This document shows positions 20,518 through 34,382 of a stretch of 64,000 nt of DNA, one piece after another. The notes under the pieces are model-generated. The model worked only from the letters and a program-made list of their open reading frames with translations, did not search any database and had not been told where the DNA came from. The position numbers and the translations under genes are program-made. Source of the DNA: Geosiphon pyriformis uo1 (lineage: Eukaryota > Fungi > Glomeromycota); the NCBI GenBank assembly GCA_016748015.1, contig JAAOMT010000135.1, forward strand, positions 434,001-498,000. The letters run 5' to 3'. Each line of letters begins with the position of its first letter. Position 1 is the stretch's first letter.

Positions 20518-22273
20518 TGTTACTCATAGAATATAGAAAATATATTAGCACATGAAATAGCCAATTAGAGATAGCCGTAGTAAATGTGGAATTCCAGGAT
20601 TCCTCTCAAGAGGAATTGCAGGATTTCAGGAATTTCAGGATTCTCTGGGCAAGGAATTGCAGGATTCCAGAATTCCAGGATTCCTCTTAAAAGGAATTGC
20701 AGGATTCCTGAGGTGAAGAATCGAGGAATTGAGGAATCTCAATTATGTATATATAGCAGTAGTGTTAGAAGTAGGAAAGGCAGAATCTTTAGTTAGAAAA
20801 CCTCTCCATTTAGATTTTTATCTAAGCAACTTTCCAAATCACAAATATTAATAAATAATTATTCACTATCTCAATTCACTCTTTACTATCAACACTTCAT
20901 GTTGATAATAATTGATACTTAACCCCACTGGAACAATAGCTTTTGATCACAGCTATTGACAGGATACTAATTTGTAATTGCTTTTGTTATTTTCTTTATT
21001 TTTTTTTATTTTCTTTTATTTCTTTTGTTATTTCTTTGGTTTTGCTAAAATTGATTAAAGATTAAGTGCTAAGATACAGACATTATAGGGACTGGTAAAA
21101 GACCCATGAAACAAGGATAGAATACTTATAGATTTGAGGATAGCTTACCAGAAGGATTACCAGTGTTACCAGACAAAATTAGAGATATTATTTAGCATAA
21201 AATTATCTTATAATTCCTATCATTAATTAGCATTGTTTCAAATTATCACTTATTACATTAGCAAAAATGTCTGAAATTATCATTTAATTAATAATCCAAA
21301 TTGTACACAACACAAATATAACCTAATTGTGATGATCAATCATGCAATACCCCGAACTATGTAACATTCAAAAGTTTGCTGAAATGTATCTTTAGTTCAG
21401 CGAAATTGTAGAAAATAGCAAAGTTCAAGTTCATAGAATAGTGTTACAATAAGTTGTATAAAAGAAGAACTTCTCTCTTCAAGAAAATGTATCTTACTTT
21501 AGATTTAATAATTAGAATCATTCTTTACACACAAAAACGAAATAAATATCAAATAATTTGAAAAATCAAATCCTGAATTATTTCACTTTTGAAATTAACT
21601 AATTTCTACTAAACAGTTTGAAATTGATTAGCTACCAATTTCAGTAAACTGTTAGTGATTCCAGGCCTGGATAGAAAACGTTTCCCTTGACAAAAATTCT
21701 ATTTCTTTTACATTTTTTTTATTTTTCTTTTATTTTCTTATTACAATCATTAGGGTAGCCTACAGACGAGATTCCTGTAGAAAAATTGACTTTCACAGCA
21801 AAGTAACTACACATTTTTAGTAAGCTTCCAGATGAGCAATTCCTGGGAAAGAGTTGATGTTTACTACAACGTAACTACATAAAAGCAACTGGCAAGGAAT
21901 TGGCCATTCCACTCATAAGCCCAGCAGCTCAAATTATAGGAGATAATTTGAGAATAAATTCAGTTATCGGAGATTCAAACACTTTCCATAATTGTAAATT
22001 AACAGCATTACAACAAACATACAAGAGCTAAGAAGAGACCAAAAATCTCTAGTAACACCAGCCACCATACTGAGAAAGAAATTTGACAAAACTGCAGTTT
22101 TGGAAAACTATGGATAAAATCATTAATTAAATTTCTGTTTATTATACAAAAGACTCAACTCTAAAATCTTCAGATACAACCAACATACCAGTGTTAACAG
22201 CCTTGTCAAGATATTGAGCACCAAGTTATGGATTTGTTATTTGATTTGAGACCCCAAATAATCATCTGTAACA
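20518..22273 (+). repeat. B1 3' LTR, interrupted by a solo A LTR
   Basis: TGTTACTCAT...TCTGTAACA; follows PPT AAAAAGGAAGGAA; U3 array of GGAATT/AGGATTCC units at ~20588-20740. Confidence 0.92.
21164..22057 (+). mobile_element. Solo LTR, family A (894 bp), TSD CCAG
   Basis: TGTTACCAGAC...CTAGTAACA; CCAG at 21160-21163 and 22058-22061; a single CCAG at the equivalent site in the B1 5' LTR (~2004). Confidence 0.95.
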
Positions 22274-23473
22274 ATGTTTAATAGCTATTGCTAAGTTTTC
22301 TGGTAAATGTGGATGCACTTTTTTTATGAGTTTATCTTTTAATCCAGCAATGAATTGATCTAAAATTTGGGTATTAGAATAGTATTCATTGGTTTTCAAC
22401 TGGTAAATTCTTCTGAGAAGTTTGTTGAACTTTTCTAGGTAAGTTATAACTGATTTACTTGGTTCTTGTTTAATATTCCAAAACTGATTTTGGAGAGTAA
22501 TAGATGTGTTGTTGTTAGTGAATTGTTGTAAAAAAGCATTTTTAAATGCTTGCCAGTTCTTAAAGAGTGCATTTAAGTTTTCAAATCATTCTTCTGCTGT
22601 TCCTTGAAGAAAGTAGGAAATTGCTTTAAGCATTCTTGCTGTATTCCATCCATTTGCATCTCTTGCTTTCTGGACTTTGTTAAGTTATTTTTGTGAACTG
22701 GTATTATTATCTTTACCAGTAAATTCTGAAATCTTTGCAATATAAGCAGTTGCCATTTCTTCTTTGTTTTCTGTAGTTTCTTCTTATTCTGATTCAGTTT
22801 TTTTACTTTTCAAGTTCTCTGAATAATTATTTTCGTTTTTTTGTAAGTAATCAATAATATTGGTGTTGATTGATATTGGTTTTTGCTGTTGAATAAAATT
22901 TTTAGGTGACTAAAAATCTTCTGGTCTGGAAAAATGGTTAAGTAGTAAATTTGGTGTTTGTGATTAAGCAAATGAAATTGGTAATGGTGTAATAGAAAGT
23001 AGTAATTTGACACTGGTTTCTTGTTCTGGTGTTTGCAAGTGTTTGGCAGTTATTTTTGGTATTTTTAGAGTATTTGGGGTGGTACTTGAGTGTTGTTTTA
23101 GTTTTTGTTTGCCTTTGTTGCTTGTTTCTGTTTCTGATTCAAAGTTAATAGAGTATTTAGACTGTACTGAATATTTTTCTTCACAATACTGAATATTGTT
23201 GAAATTAAGTTCTTGGAAGTAGGTATCAAGTGTTTTACTATTAAGATCTTCAGTTCTTAATTGTGAATAGTGCACTAAATTATTGTAGAGGTTGTTTCTA
23301 ACTTCTGAAATGTTGTAATTTCCAAAAAGATAATTGTTGATATTGTTTTTAATATACTGGTAAAGTGTCCTTTTAACAATTTCAATTTCGTCTAGAATGT
23401 TGAATTTCTGCTTGCAATGAATGTAAATTGACTGGTAATACTCTAAAGTTGTTGTGTCTGGTGTAATTGCCAC
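22274..23473 (-). pseudogene. gag: A3 N-terminal domain and Gag fragment
   Basis: GTG at 23473 (VAITPDTTTLEYYQ), MATAYIAKISEF; homologous to 6895-8105. Confidence 0.85.
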
Positions 23474-24039
23474 TTTGAATTTGTTGTTGCTGTGTGATTT
23501 TTATGGAAGAACACCAAATGTTACTGGAGGTTTTTGGTCTCTTTTCTTGAATGTTGCTAATGTCTGTCTGTTGTTAATTTCATGTTTTCTGGAAGCAGTT
23601 GAATCTTCAATAACTGAATTTATCTTCAAATTATCTCTTATAATTTGAATTGCTGGACTTATAAGTAGAATAACCAATTTCATGCCAGTTACTTTGTGTA
23701 GTTACATTGTAGTAAACATTAACTCTTTCCCAGGAATTGCTTATCTGGAAGCTTACTAAAATTGTGTAATTACTCTGCTGTGAAAGTCAACTCTTTTACA
23801 AAAATTTTATCTATAGGCTACTTTAATAATTATAATAAGAAAAATAAAATAAAATAAAAAAAATATAAAAAAAATAGAATTCTGTCAAAAGAAACGTTTT
23901 CTATTCAGGCCTGAAGTTGCTAACAAATTACTGAAATTGGTAGCTAATTAATTTCAAAATGTTAGTCGGGTTTTGAAGAATTTCAAGTGTAATAATCAAA
24001 GATTTGGTTTTTGAATATTTAATTTTTATTTGAATATGG

Positions 24040-25011
24040 TATTACTGAAGGTTTTTGGTCTCTTTTCTTGAATGTTGTCAATATTAATCTGCTGTAAATT
24101 CACGTTTCCAGGAAGTAGTTGGACCTCCAGTAACTGAATTTATCTTCAAATTATCTCCTATAATTTGAACTGCTGGGCTTATAAGTGGAATGACCAATTC
24201 CATGCCAGTTGCTTGTGTAGTTACATTGTAGTAAATGTCAACTCTTTCCCAGGAATTGCTTGTTTGAAAGCTCACTAAAAATATGTAGTTACTTTGCTAT
24301 GAAAGTTAACTCTTTTACAAGAATCTTGTCTGTAGACTACTCTAATAATTATGATAAAAAATAAAAATAAAAATAAAAAAAATGTAAAAAAAATAAGATT
24401 TTATCAAGGGAAACGTTTTCTATCCAGGTCTGGAGTGACTAACAGTTTACTGAAATTGGTAGCTAATCAATTTCAAAATGTTAGTTGTGTTGGAAGAATT
24501 TCAAGTGTAATAATCAAAGGATTTGTTTTTCAAATATTTAATTTTTATTTGAAATGTGTAAAAGATGATTTGTTCTAATTAAGATATTTAAAGTAAGATA
24601 CTATGTTAAAATATTATGAAAAGATACATTTTTTTGAAGAGAAAAGCTCTTCTTTTATACAATTTGTTGTAGTACTAGTCTTTGAACTTGTACTTTTCTC
24701 TTTGTTATAATTTGGGTAAACTAAAGATATATTTTGGCAAACTACAAGTTATTTCATTGAACTATTGATTATTTCGGCCAATTTTTATTAATTTCGGCGA
24801 ATTTTGACTATGTTAAATGGTTTAAGGTATTGTGTAATTTGATCATCTTAATTTCTAGAGTACAAATCGAATTATTGATTGAGTAATGATATTTGATAAT
24901 TTGATTAAATAATAAGTAATAATTTGAAATAATAATAATATATGCTAATTAATAATAGGAATTATGAGGGTAATTTCATGCTAATTAACAGCTAAAATTC
25001 TACTGGTAACA
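24040..25011 (-). repeat. A2 3' LTR
   Basis: Direct repeat of 32969-33928. Confidence 0.93.
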
Positions 25012-25699
25012 TAATCTCCTCTTCAAGACTGAGCTCCATTGAAGTCCAAGTACTATCTGTGATGTTAAGATAGTGGTCCAAGATAATTAAAGTAATCTAG
25101 TCTGAAAATTGTTGAAATTTTAGTTCTGTGAGCTTTCCAATGTATTGAACTTTCATTGGTTGTAGTATTGGATTTTGTAGAATATTTTTACAAATTTTGA
25201 ACAAATCATAGAGTTTAAAAGCTGCTCTAAGTTTGTAGCAAGTATTTGTTGGTTCAGCTGCTGTTTTAAATTCATTGTAAATTTGTTTTTGTATAGCCTC
25301 AGGAGTAATGTTGGTTGCTTCAAGTTCTAGTTTTCGTTCACAAAGTGTTTTTTCAATATGAAAATATCTATATATAAGGATATGTTCATTGTTCTGTTCA
25401 TTAAAAAATAGTATAAGTTTTTGTTGCATTGTGGTATTTGGTAGAATGTCAATAGAAGCAAATAAAAAGTTTTCTTTTAGTGCTTGTTTCAAAAGTTCTG
25501 ATAATTGATTTTCAGAGTAACTTTTTGTTTTTTTTCTATAGAAATAATAATTCTGAGAATTATTTACTATTGTGGTTGTGGTTTTTTTCTGAATGTAATT
25601 AATTTGACTTCCATTAATTGTTATAGATAAGTCAGGAAATGTTTTCAAAGCTAACATTAATTTTTGGGATATTTGTTGAATATTTCGAAGAATAATCAT
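24992..25699 (-). pseudogene. A2 ORF3
   Basis: ORF 25097-25714 is clearly homologous to A1 ORF3; one stop at 25097. Confidence 0.8.
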
Positions 25700-25860
25700 G
25701 ATAAAAATGACCAACTAATAAACAAAATTTGAAAAAAAATAAAGAAAATTATTTTTGGGTATAGGATTTTTATTTGTTTTTGGGTTTGGGTGTTTTTGTA
25801 ATTATTTACTATTTTTGTCTTTGTGTGTTATTAAAAAGATTATTGTAAAATTATGTTGAA

Positions 25861-27246
25861 TTAAGTATTTAAGTTTGGCTGTTGTTCTATTATAATTATT
25901 GGTTCTAAATTTTGGAGAATATCTTCAGAATTAATTAAAGGGGAATGTGTACCAATTTGTGGAATTAATGGTTCAAGATTGTTTCTGGAGTGATAGTGTT
26001 TCAATTGATCACCATGTACAACTTTTACTAGTACTTTGTCATCAAGTCTTAACTTGTATAATCCATTGTCTAGAATTTTGTGAATATAAAATAGTCCATT
26101 CCATTTATGTTCAAATTTTCCATTCTATTGTTTTTCTGCCTTAGTTCTGTATAAGAGAACTTTATTTTCAACTTTAAATTCGTTGGTAACTGGTGGCAGT
26201 TTGTTGTCATGCTTTTTTTTTTGTAGAGCTTGAGAGTATTCAATGTGAAAGGCTGCTATGTGTCTTTTTTCTTCCAATATACTAAGGAGAGTGTAGGCTT
26301 TTTTTTGAAGTGTTTCTCAAAAGTTTTCTTCATTGATTGGTTGCACTAAGTATGTTTCTACTGTAAAATTAATTAGTAATATTGCTGTTCTTCCATAAGT
26401 AAGATCAAATAGTATGTGTTTTATAGTATCTTGTTTTAGTATTCTGTATGTTAATAACACTGATGAAATAAAGATATTCCATTTCTGCTTAAAATTTGTT
26501 AAGACTTTGGTTAAAGATTTACACAATATTCTGTTGAAACATTTTACAAGTCTATTTGTTTGGGAATGATAAGATAATAATAAAAATCTTTTGACATTAA
26601 ATTGTTCACAAATTTTTTGTATCAAGTTGTTCACAAAATGTGTTCCTTGATCAGATAAAAGTTCAATTGGGCATTCATGTCTACAAATAATGTCTTCATA
26701 GATGAAATTTGCTACTGATTTTGCATCTGCTTTTTGGATGGCTTTAACTTCAGGCCATTTAGTAAGATAATTTACTACAACTGCAATATAATAGTTTTCT
26801 TGGATTGTAATAGGTAATGGTCTGACTAAATCAATTTTCATTCTATCAAAAAGTTGTTCAACTTTGATTGAATTTAAAGATTCTGTGGGGTGAGTTCCTT
26901 CTCTTCTTTGACAATTATTACAAAATTCTACATATTGCTGAATGTCTTTTTACATGTGAGGCCAAAAATAATGTTCAAGGGTTCTTTGGATTGTTCCATC
27001 TCTTTCCAAGTGTGCTGAAGATAGATCTGTGTACATGTTGTATAGAATTGTTTCTTTTTCATTTTTCTGTACTAGTCTGAATAGTTGGTTTGGGTTTCTA
27101 TGATTTTTGTAATAGATTTTGTTGTGGTGTATGAAATATTGTTTGAATTGGTATTGTAATCAATGTTTTTTACTTGGAGACCAATTTTCTGGTATGGTAA
27201 GAGTCTCCAAATAGTTTTTAATGTTGTTGTAATTTCTGGAATCCAT
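25861..27246 (-). pseudogene. A2 integrase, separate ORF
   Basis: ATG at 27246 (MDSRNYNNIKNYLETL); LLSDQGTHF; ends LEPIIIIEQQPNLNT*. Confidence 0.88.
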
Positions 27247-27303
27247 TGTTGTTTGGTTATTTTGTTGGTAGATTGGTAAGTTGTGGTGGATTTGTTGTTG
27301 ATG

Positions 27304-30300
27304 TTAATCTTGTCTTATTTTTGAAAGGCTATTAATATTGGTGTGTAGTTTTCCTAGTTTGTAGTATACAATATATTTGTAGTCTGCTAGAAAATCATTC
27401 CATCAAGACTGTTTGGCACTTTGTTCAGTTTTTTTTTTATTGAGCCATTTGAGACCAATATTTTCAGTTATGATGTCAAATTTTTTTCCATTCTTCAAAT
27501 ATTGTTGAAAATGTTTAATAGTCCAAATAACTATGACAGCTTCTAATTCAATTGAGCCATATTTGAGTTCTGTTGACTTGAGTGTTCTACTAGCATAGGC
27601 AATGACTTGTTCTTGGCCATTTTTATCTAATTGTGATAAGATGGCACCAAAAGTTATGTGTAAGACATTAGTGGCTAGTTGGAATTATTTGTTGAAGTTT
27701 GGATAAACAAGAACTGGGGCTGTTGTCAATTTTGTTTTGAGAGTGTCAAAGGCTTTCTGTTGTTCTTCAGTCCATTAATATGGCATGTTTTTGTTGGTAA
27801 GATAGTTGGGTGGTTTGGCAATTTTTGAGAATCCTTTTATGAATTTTTGATAGTAGGAGACTAATCTTACAAATTCTCATAGCTCTGTGGTATTTTTGGG
27901 AATTTGAAAGTTTTTGACAGCATTAATTGTTTTAGGGTTTGGTTTGACTCCATCTTTGCTAACAATATGTCCAAAAAAAATTAAACTTGTTTTTCTAAAG
28001 TGACATTTCTCACTATTTAACTTTAATTCTGCTTTTCATAATTGTTGAAAAACTTCTCGCAGGTAGATAAAATGAGTTTCAAAGCTTGAGGAGTATATAT
28101 TAGTATTATCAAAATAGACAACTACCGATTGCCACAAGAGTTCTTTATATACAACATCTATGAATTGTTGGAATGTTGCTGGTGCATTGCAGAGTCCAAA
28201 AGGCATAACATTGAACTCATAATTTTCTCTTTGAGTAGTGAATGCTGTTTTGGGTTTATCTTTTGGGTTTATTTCGACTTGTCAGTATCCACTTTTCAAG
28301 TCTAAAGTTGAGAAGAACTTGGCTTTTCCTAAAGCATTCAGCATGTTATCAATTCTTGGAAGAGAATAAGCATCTTCAATTATCACACTGTTAAGCTGAT
28401 AATAATTTACACAGAATCTGATTTTTCTGTTTTTCTTTTTAACAAGAACTACTGGTAAGGCCCATAAACTTCTTGATAGTTGAATCAATCCATTATTGAG
28501 CATTCTTTGGACCTTCTCTTTGATAAATTGATGGCTAGCAGGTAAAACTCAATAGGCTTGTTGTCATTTTGGTGGAGCATCTCCTGTATGGATCTGATGT
28601 TGGACAATATTAGTTTTTCTAAGGTTATTGTTGTTTTTGCAAATATATCTGCAAATTCAGCTATTAGCTGTTTTAATTGTCTTTGTTGTTGGGGTTCTAA
28701 GGGACCCATGTTGATTTAAGAGAGTTTTTCTTCCAAAAGGTGGTAGTTTTTAGTGGTAAGAATAATGTTTGGATTTGGAAGTAGTGTATGTCTTATAATT
28801 TCGATGAAATTAGAGACAATTTGAGGGTTTTCATCTTGGAAAATATTGCTGTGTATGATTCCAATTTCTAATTTATTTAATAAGACAATAGGATAATTAT
28901 TGGGATTGTAGAATATAACTCAAAATTTTTTCATTTCTTTGAGAATATAAACATTTGGAATTGAGATTTTATGTTTCAAACAAATTTGTTCATTGAATTC
29001 AAAGATTTGTTGGGTAGTGGTGGGTTTTGAGCAAGTGTAAATTTCATGATGTTCTTCAAAAAGTAAAATGGTAATTGGTTGAGGAAGTTGAAGAATCTGG
29101 TGAGATTCATTCTGTGCATTGAGAGCTATGTTTACTGGTACTGTAAATCGTCCAGTTGAACCAAAATCTTGAGTTCCTCTTTCACTTTTTCCCAATTGTT
29201 CTCTGTTGTTTACTAATTGTAAATCCGAAATGTTGATTAAGAGTAAGTAAATTGCTTAAACAATCTTTTCAACATGTTCAATCCTAAATGGTTTGTCTGT
29301 TTCATTCTGTAACATGATGGTAATGTTTCCAGTATATTCTGCATCTATAACTCCTCCTCTAATGTTGATTTTTTTACTTGCCAATAATGATTTGGATGCA
29401 ATTTGAACCATTGCTCCAGGTAGAATTTCAAAAGCAATTTTGAGATTGATTTTTGTCAAAGACTTTGATTGGAAAACCAAAGTATTTTTGCCAGGATATC
29501 TTAGATCATATTCTGTATTAATTTCGTGGGTTTTTTCTGGTTTTATTCTTTTTCCATTGTCAAAGTATTTGAGTTGTATAGCAGGCTGGTTTTTAATAAG
29601 ATAGATTAGTGTGGTTGCAATTTTTTCTTTTGTTTCCAGTTTCCTAAATTCAATTTCTTTCTGGTCATTTTTGCTGGGTAAGAAGATGCTAAGAGCATAG
29701 CATTCTGAACACCATTTGTCATCACAAGGCATGATGTATTTTTCACACAATTGAATGTTCATTTGCTTTAATTATTGAATTTGAGCTTCTTGGGTTAGAT
29801 ATGTGTGGCTTGCAATTTGGTAGTATGTTTCTATTTCATTTTTATAGTTGAATCCAGCCAATTCCATTGTATATTCAATGTACTTAACTTTTTTCATTTG
29901 GCAGACATCTTTCTGTGTGGCTCTATTAATTTAAGCCATTGCTAAGTCAAAAATCATTTCAGCATTATAAAGGTAGTGATAGAGTTTATTGAGAGCATTG
30001 TTATATGCTGCATCAAAAAGTGTTTCTCTTTTAACTTTTTCTGAAATTGATAGAACATATTGGCAGGTTTGGTCACATACTTCTCCTTTTATTGCAACAT
30101 CAATCCAGTTGCATTCTTTTGGTAGTATATTTCCACATGTAAGACAAGAAGTATTGTCCTATTTTCCATTTCTATTGGGATATTCAAATCATTTTTTATA
30201 GCATGTTTTGCAAAAGTAGCAGGTGTGAGTTTCATATTCCTCTTCTGGAGAAATACATGTTCTCATTGATGAAAGCTTCTTCTTGCAATCTTTGCATCTT

Positions 30301-32923
30301 AATAAGATATATGGTGGTTTTTTTTGTGGTTTTGGTGTAGAATATCTAACTTTCTTCCATCCTCTTAATTCTTCAAAAATCTCTTGTTCTGTTTTTTCAG
30401 CCCAATTAGATGTTGATCCAAGTGTCATATAAGTTTCAGTAAGTGGCATTTCCTTCTCCTCTTTAAATTCAAATACTGGGGCTTTTTCTGATCATTTATT
30501 AAAAGTGCCACAAGTAGCAGGTACTATGGTGTATTGTCCTTGGTATGAGATTTTGAGTTCCTGAGTTTCCCAATCTAACTTTGTAATGGCCTTGAGAAGC
30601 CAATTATTTCTGATGAGAGCTTAGTATTGAGGTACATCCATGACTAGAACTTTGACTGGAATGGTAATTCCATCAATAGTGAATAGGAAATTGTCAATTT
30701 TTCCTACTGGTGTCTTTTTTATATTATCTGCTGTAACAATTACTGTTTGGGCTGGTCTGTCAACATTTCAATTAAGTTGTTGTATTAATTGGTAAGTAAT
30801 AATACTTTTAGTGGATCTACTGTCTAGAATTAATCGAATGGGCTTTCTTTCTACTGTAGCTTCAGTGTATATGACAGTAATAGCTTTTTGCTCATTGACT
30901 GCTGCATTGCTAAGCAAGAATGGTAATTTATTTGCTTTAAATTCGAATAGAAATATATCTGAAAAGTTGGCATTTTGGGCAATTTGGGCTGGTGGAATAG
31001 TATTGTTGAAAGAGTTTGATCTTAGTACTGCAACTTCACCTTCAGAAAGTGCAATTTGTTGAAAATCCGATTCTTCAAGTATTGTAAGATAGCTGAGTTA
31101 AATGTGATAGTGATTTGGTTTTTGTTGACCAGAATTTTGGGGAACCAACTGGTTATTTGGGTTGATTCTGTTGTTATTATTACTAAATTGATTTTGAGGT
31201 GTGAATTAGTTATGTTGAACTAATCTTTTGGCTAGTATTTGATATTGTTAAGTGGGTGGTGTCTGATATTGCTGAATTGGTAAAGATTGCTAATATTGTT
31301 GCTGTATTGGTTGTGGAGCTGGTTAATAGTAACTGTTTTGATTTTGTGGTCTTGGTGAGCAATAAGTTGATAGTGGAGATTGGTAATAAGATTGTTGTAG
31401 TGAAGAGTAATGTTGATTACTCCTGTTTTGTTGGTCTCTCTGTAATTTCTTGCAATCTTGTTTCCAGTGTCCTGAAATTCCACAATAATGACAATTTTGA
31501 GGTTGGTTGTTGGATGGTAATCCAAAGTTGTTTTGATTACATCATTGTGGGGGTTGGTATTTTTGTGGTTGTTGCTGCTGTTGTTGTTGATTTGTAAAGT
31601 AGCTTTCAACCTTTTTTGTGAGTTGATCTATTTTCTCTTTAGCTGTTGAGCTGGTTTTTCCAATAACTTGATTGACAAGTTTGGTGTGGTTTGCTTCTTC
31701 CATTGCCATTTCATAGTTCTTTGCATGTCTAATGGCAGTTGCTAAGTCTTTTGAAGCATGTGGACAAACTTTTTTAATGAGTTTGTCTTTTAATCTTGCT
31801 ATGAACTGATCCAAAATCTGGACATCAGAATAGTATTCATTGGTTTCTAATTGTCAAATTTGTTGAAGAAGTTTGTTAAATCTTTCAAGATAGGTCATAA
31901 CAGTTTCAGATATTTCTTGTTTGATATTGTGAAAGTGATTGCAAAGAGTGATAGAAGTGTTGTTATTAGTAAATTGTTATAGGAAAGCATTTTTGAATGC
32001 TTGCCAGTTTCCAAATAGTTTTTTTAAGTTTTCAAACCATTTTCCTGCAGTTCCTTGAAGAAAGAATGGGATTGCTTTAAGCATTCTTGCTGCATTCCAA
32101 CCATTTGCATCTCCTGCTTTTTGAACTTTGTCAAGCCATTTTTGTGAACTGGTATCATTGTTTTTACCAGTAAATTCTGAAATCTTTGCAATGTAAGCAG
32201 TTGTCATTTTTTTTTGTTTTCTGTAGTTTCTTCTTGTTCTAATTCAGTTTCTTTACTTTCTAAGTTTTCTGAATGATTACTTTCATTTTCCTGTAAGTAA
32301 TCAATAATATTGGTGCTTGTTGATATGGGTTCCTGCTGTTGAGTAAGATTTCGAGATGACTGAAAGTCTTCTAGTCTGGAGAAATGGTTAAGTGGTAAAT
32401 TTGGTGTTTGTAGTTGAGCAAATAAAATTGAAAATAGTGTAATAAAAAGTGGTAATTTGATACTGGTTCTTTGTTCAGGTGTTTGTAAGTGTTTGGCAGC
32501 TGTCTTTGGTGTCTTTGGAATATTTGGAGTGGTGCTTGAATATTGCTTTAGTTTTTGTTTGCCTCTGTTGCTTGTTTCTGTTTCTAATTCAAAGTCAATA
32601 GAATATTAAGACTGTACTAAATATGTTTCTTTACAATACTTGATAATGTTAAAATTAAGTTCTTGAAAGTAGGTGGCAAGTGTTTTACTGTTAAGGTTTT
32701 CAGTTCCCAACTGTAAATAGTACACTAAATTATTGTAAAAGTTGCTTTTAACTTCTGAAATGTTGTAATTTCCAAGAAGATAATTGTTGATACAGTTTTC
32801 AATATACTGGTAAAGTGTCTTCTTAACAATTTCAATTCCGTCTGGAATGTTGAATCTCTACTTGCAATAAGTGTAAATTGACTGGTAATACTCTAGAGTT
32901 GTTGTGTCTGGTATAATTGCTAC
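27304..32923 (-). pseudogene. gag-pol: A2 ORF1 (N-terminal domain, Gag, PR, Cys-rich, dUTPase, RT, RH)
   Basis: Fragments 31977, 31542, 30189, 29256, 28920 and 28282 are homologous to A1; natural stop KIRQD* at 27304. Confidence 0.9.
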
Positions 32924-32968
32924 TTTGAAGTTGTTATTACTGTGTTATTTCTGTGGGAGAGCACCAAA

Positions 32969-33928
32969 TGTTACTAGAGGTTTTTGGTCTTTTTTTTTGA
33001 ATGTTGTCAATGTTAATCTGCTGTGAATTCACGTTTTCAGGAAGTAGTTAGACCTCCAGTAACTGAATTTATCTTCAAATTATAGGAGATAATTTGAACC
33101 ATTGGGCTTATAAGTAGAATGACCAATTCCATGCCAGTTGCTTGTGTAGTTATGTTGTAGTAAACATCAACTCTTTTCCAGGAATTGCTCGTCTAGAAGC
33201 TCACTAAAAATGTGTAGTTACTTTGCTGTAAAAGTCAACTTTTTTACAGGAATCTTGTCTGTAGACTACCCTAATGATTATGATAAGAAAATATAAGAAA
33301 TGTAAAAGAAATAGGATTTTATCAAGAGAACGTTTTTTATCCAGGCCTGGAGTAACTAACAGTTTACTAAAATTGGTAGCTAATCAATTTCAAAATGTTA
33401 GTTGTGTTGAGAGAATTTCAAGTGTAATAATCAAAAGATTTGTTTTTCAAATATTTAATTTTTATTTGAAATGTGTAAAAGATGATTTGTTCCAATTAAG
33501 ATATCTAAAGTAAGATACTATGTTAAAATATTATGAAAAGATATATTTTCTTGAAGAGAAAAGCTCTTTTTTTATACAACTTGTTGTAGTACTAGTCTTT
33601 GAACTTGCACTTTTCTCTTTGCTATAATTTGGGTGAACTAAAAATATATTTTGGCAAACTACAAGTTATTTCATTGAACTATTGATTATTTCGGCCAATT
33701 TTCATTAATTTCGGCGAATTTTGACTATGTTAAATGGTTCAAGGTATTGTGTAATTTGATCATCTTAATTTCTAGAATACAAATCGGATTATTGATTGAG
33801 TAATGATATTTAATAATTTGATTAAATAATAAGTAATAATTTGAAATAATAATAATATATGCTAATTAATAATAGGAATTATGAGAGTAATTTCATGCTA
33901 ATTAACAGCTAAAATTTTACTGGTAACA
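32969..33928 (-). repeat. A2 5' LTR
   Basis: Adjacent to the PBS; ends CTGGTAACA on the + strand. Confidence 0.93.
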
Positions 33929-34382
33929 ATAGAAAGGGTGATTTGTTCTAATTAAGATATCTAAAGTAAAATACTATGATAAGATACTATGAAAAGCTAT
34001 ATTTTCTTAAAGAGAGAAGCTCTTTTTTTATACAATTTGTTGTAATACTAGTCTTTGAACTTGCACTTTTCTCTTTGCTACAATTTTGGTGAACTAAAGA
34101 TACATTTTAATAAATTACAAGTTATTTCACTGAACTATTGATTATTTCGGCCAATTTTATTAATTTCAGCAAATTTTGACTATATTAAATAGTTCAGAGT
34201 ATTGTGTAATTTGATCATCTTAATTTCTATGGTACAAATTGGATTATTGATTGAGTAATAATATTTGATAATTTGATTAAATAATAAGTGATAATCGAAA
34301 TAATAATAATATATGCTAATTAATAATAGGAATTATGAGGATAATTTTATGCTAATTAATAACTAAAATTCTACTAATAACA

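Larger units (their letters stand above)
1730..22273 (+). mobile_element. Ty3/Gypsy element B1, interrupted by C, A1 and a solo A LTR; itself inserted in the gag of A3
   Basis: The 5' LTR remainder (1730-2219) matches the 3' LTR (20518-22273); PBS at 2222; gag/PR/dUTPase/RT/RH/INT/ORF3; PPT ~20502-20514. Confidence 0.92.
24040..33928 (-). mobile_element. Full-length element A2 (9889 bp), TSD ATGG/ATAG, inserted in the A3 5' LTR
   Basis: LTRs 24040-25011 and 32969-33928; PPT at ~25015-25024; PBS at ~32950-32966; collinear with A1. Confidence 0.95.
22274..34382 (-). mobile_element. Element A3, 5' part (split 5' LTR, PBS, gag); hosts A2 and B1; inserted in B2
   Basis: LTR halves 23519-24039 and 33929-34382; PBS ~23500-23516; gag 22274-23473 cut by the B1 end. 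Confidence 0.88.

Noticed and set aside
20584-20796. Repetitive 70-aa ORF (NSRIPLKRNCRI)
   Set aside because: Translation of the U3 repeat array; absent from the other B LTRs.
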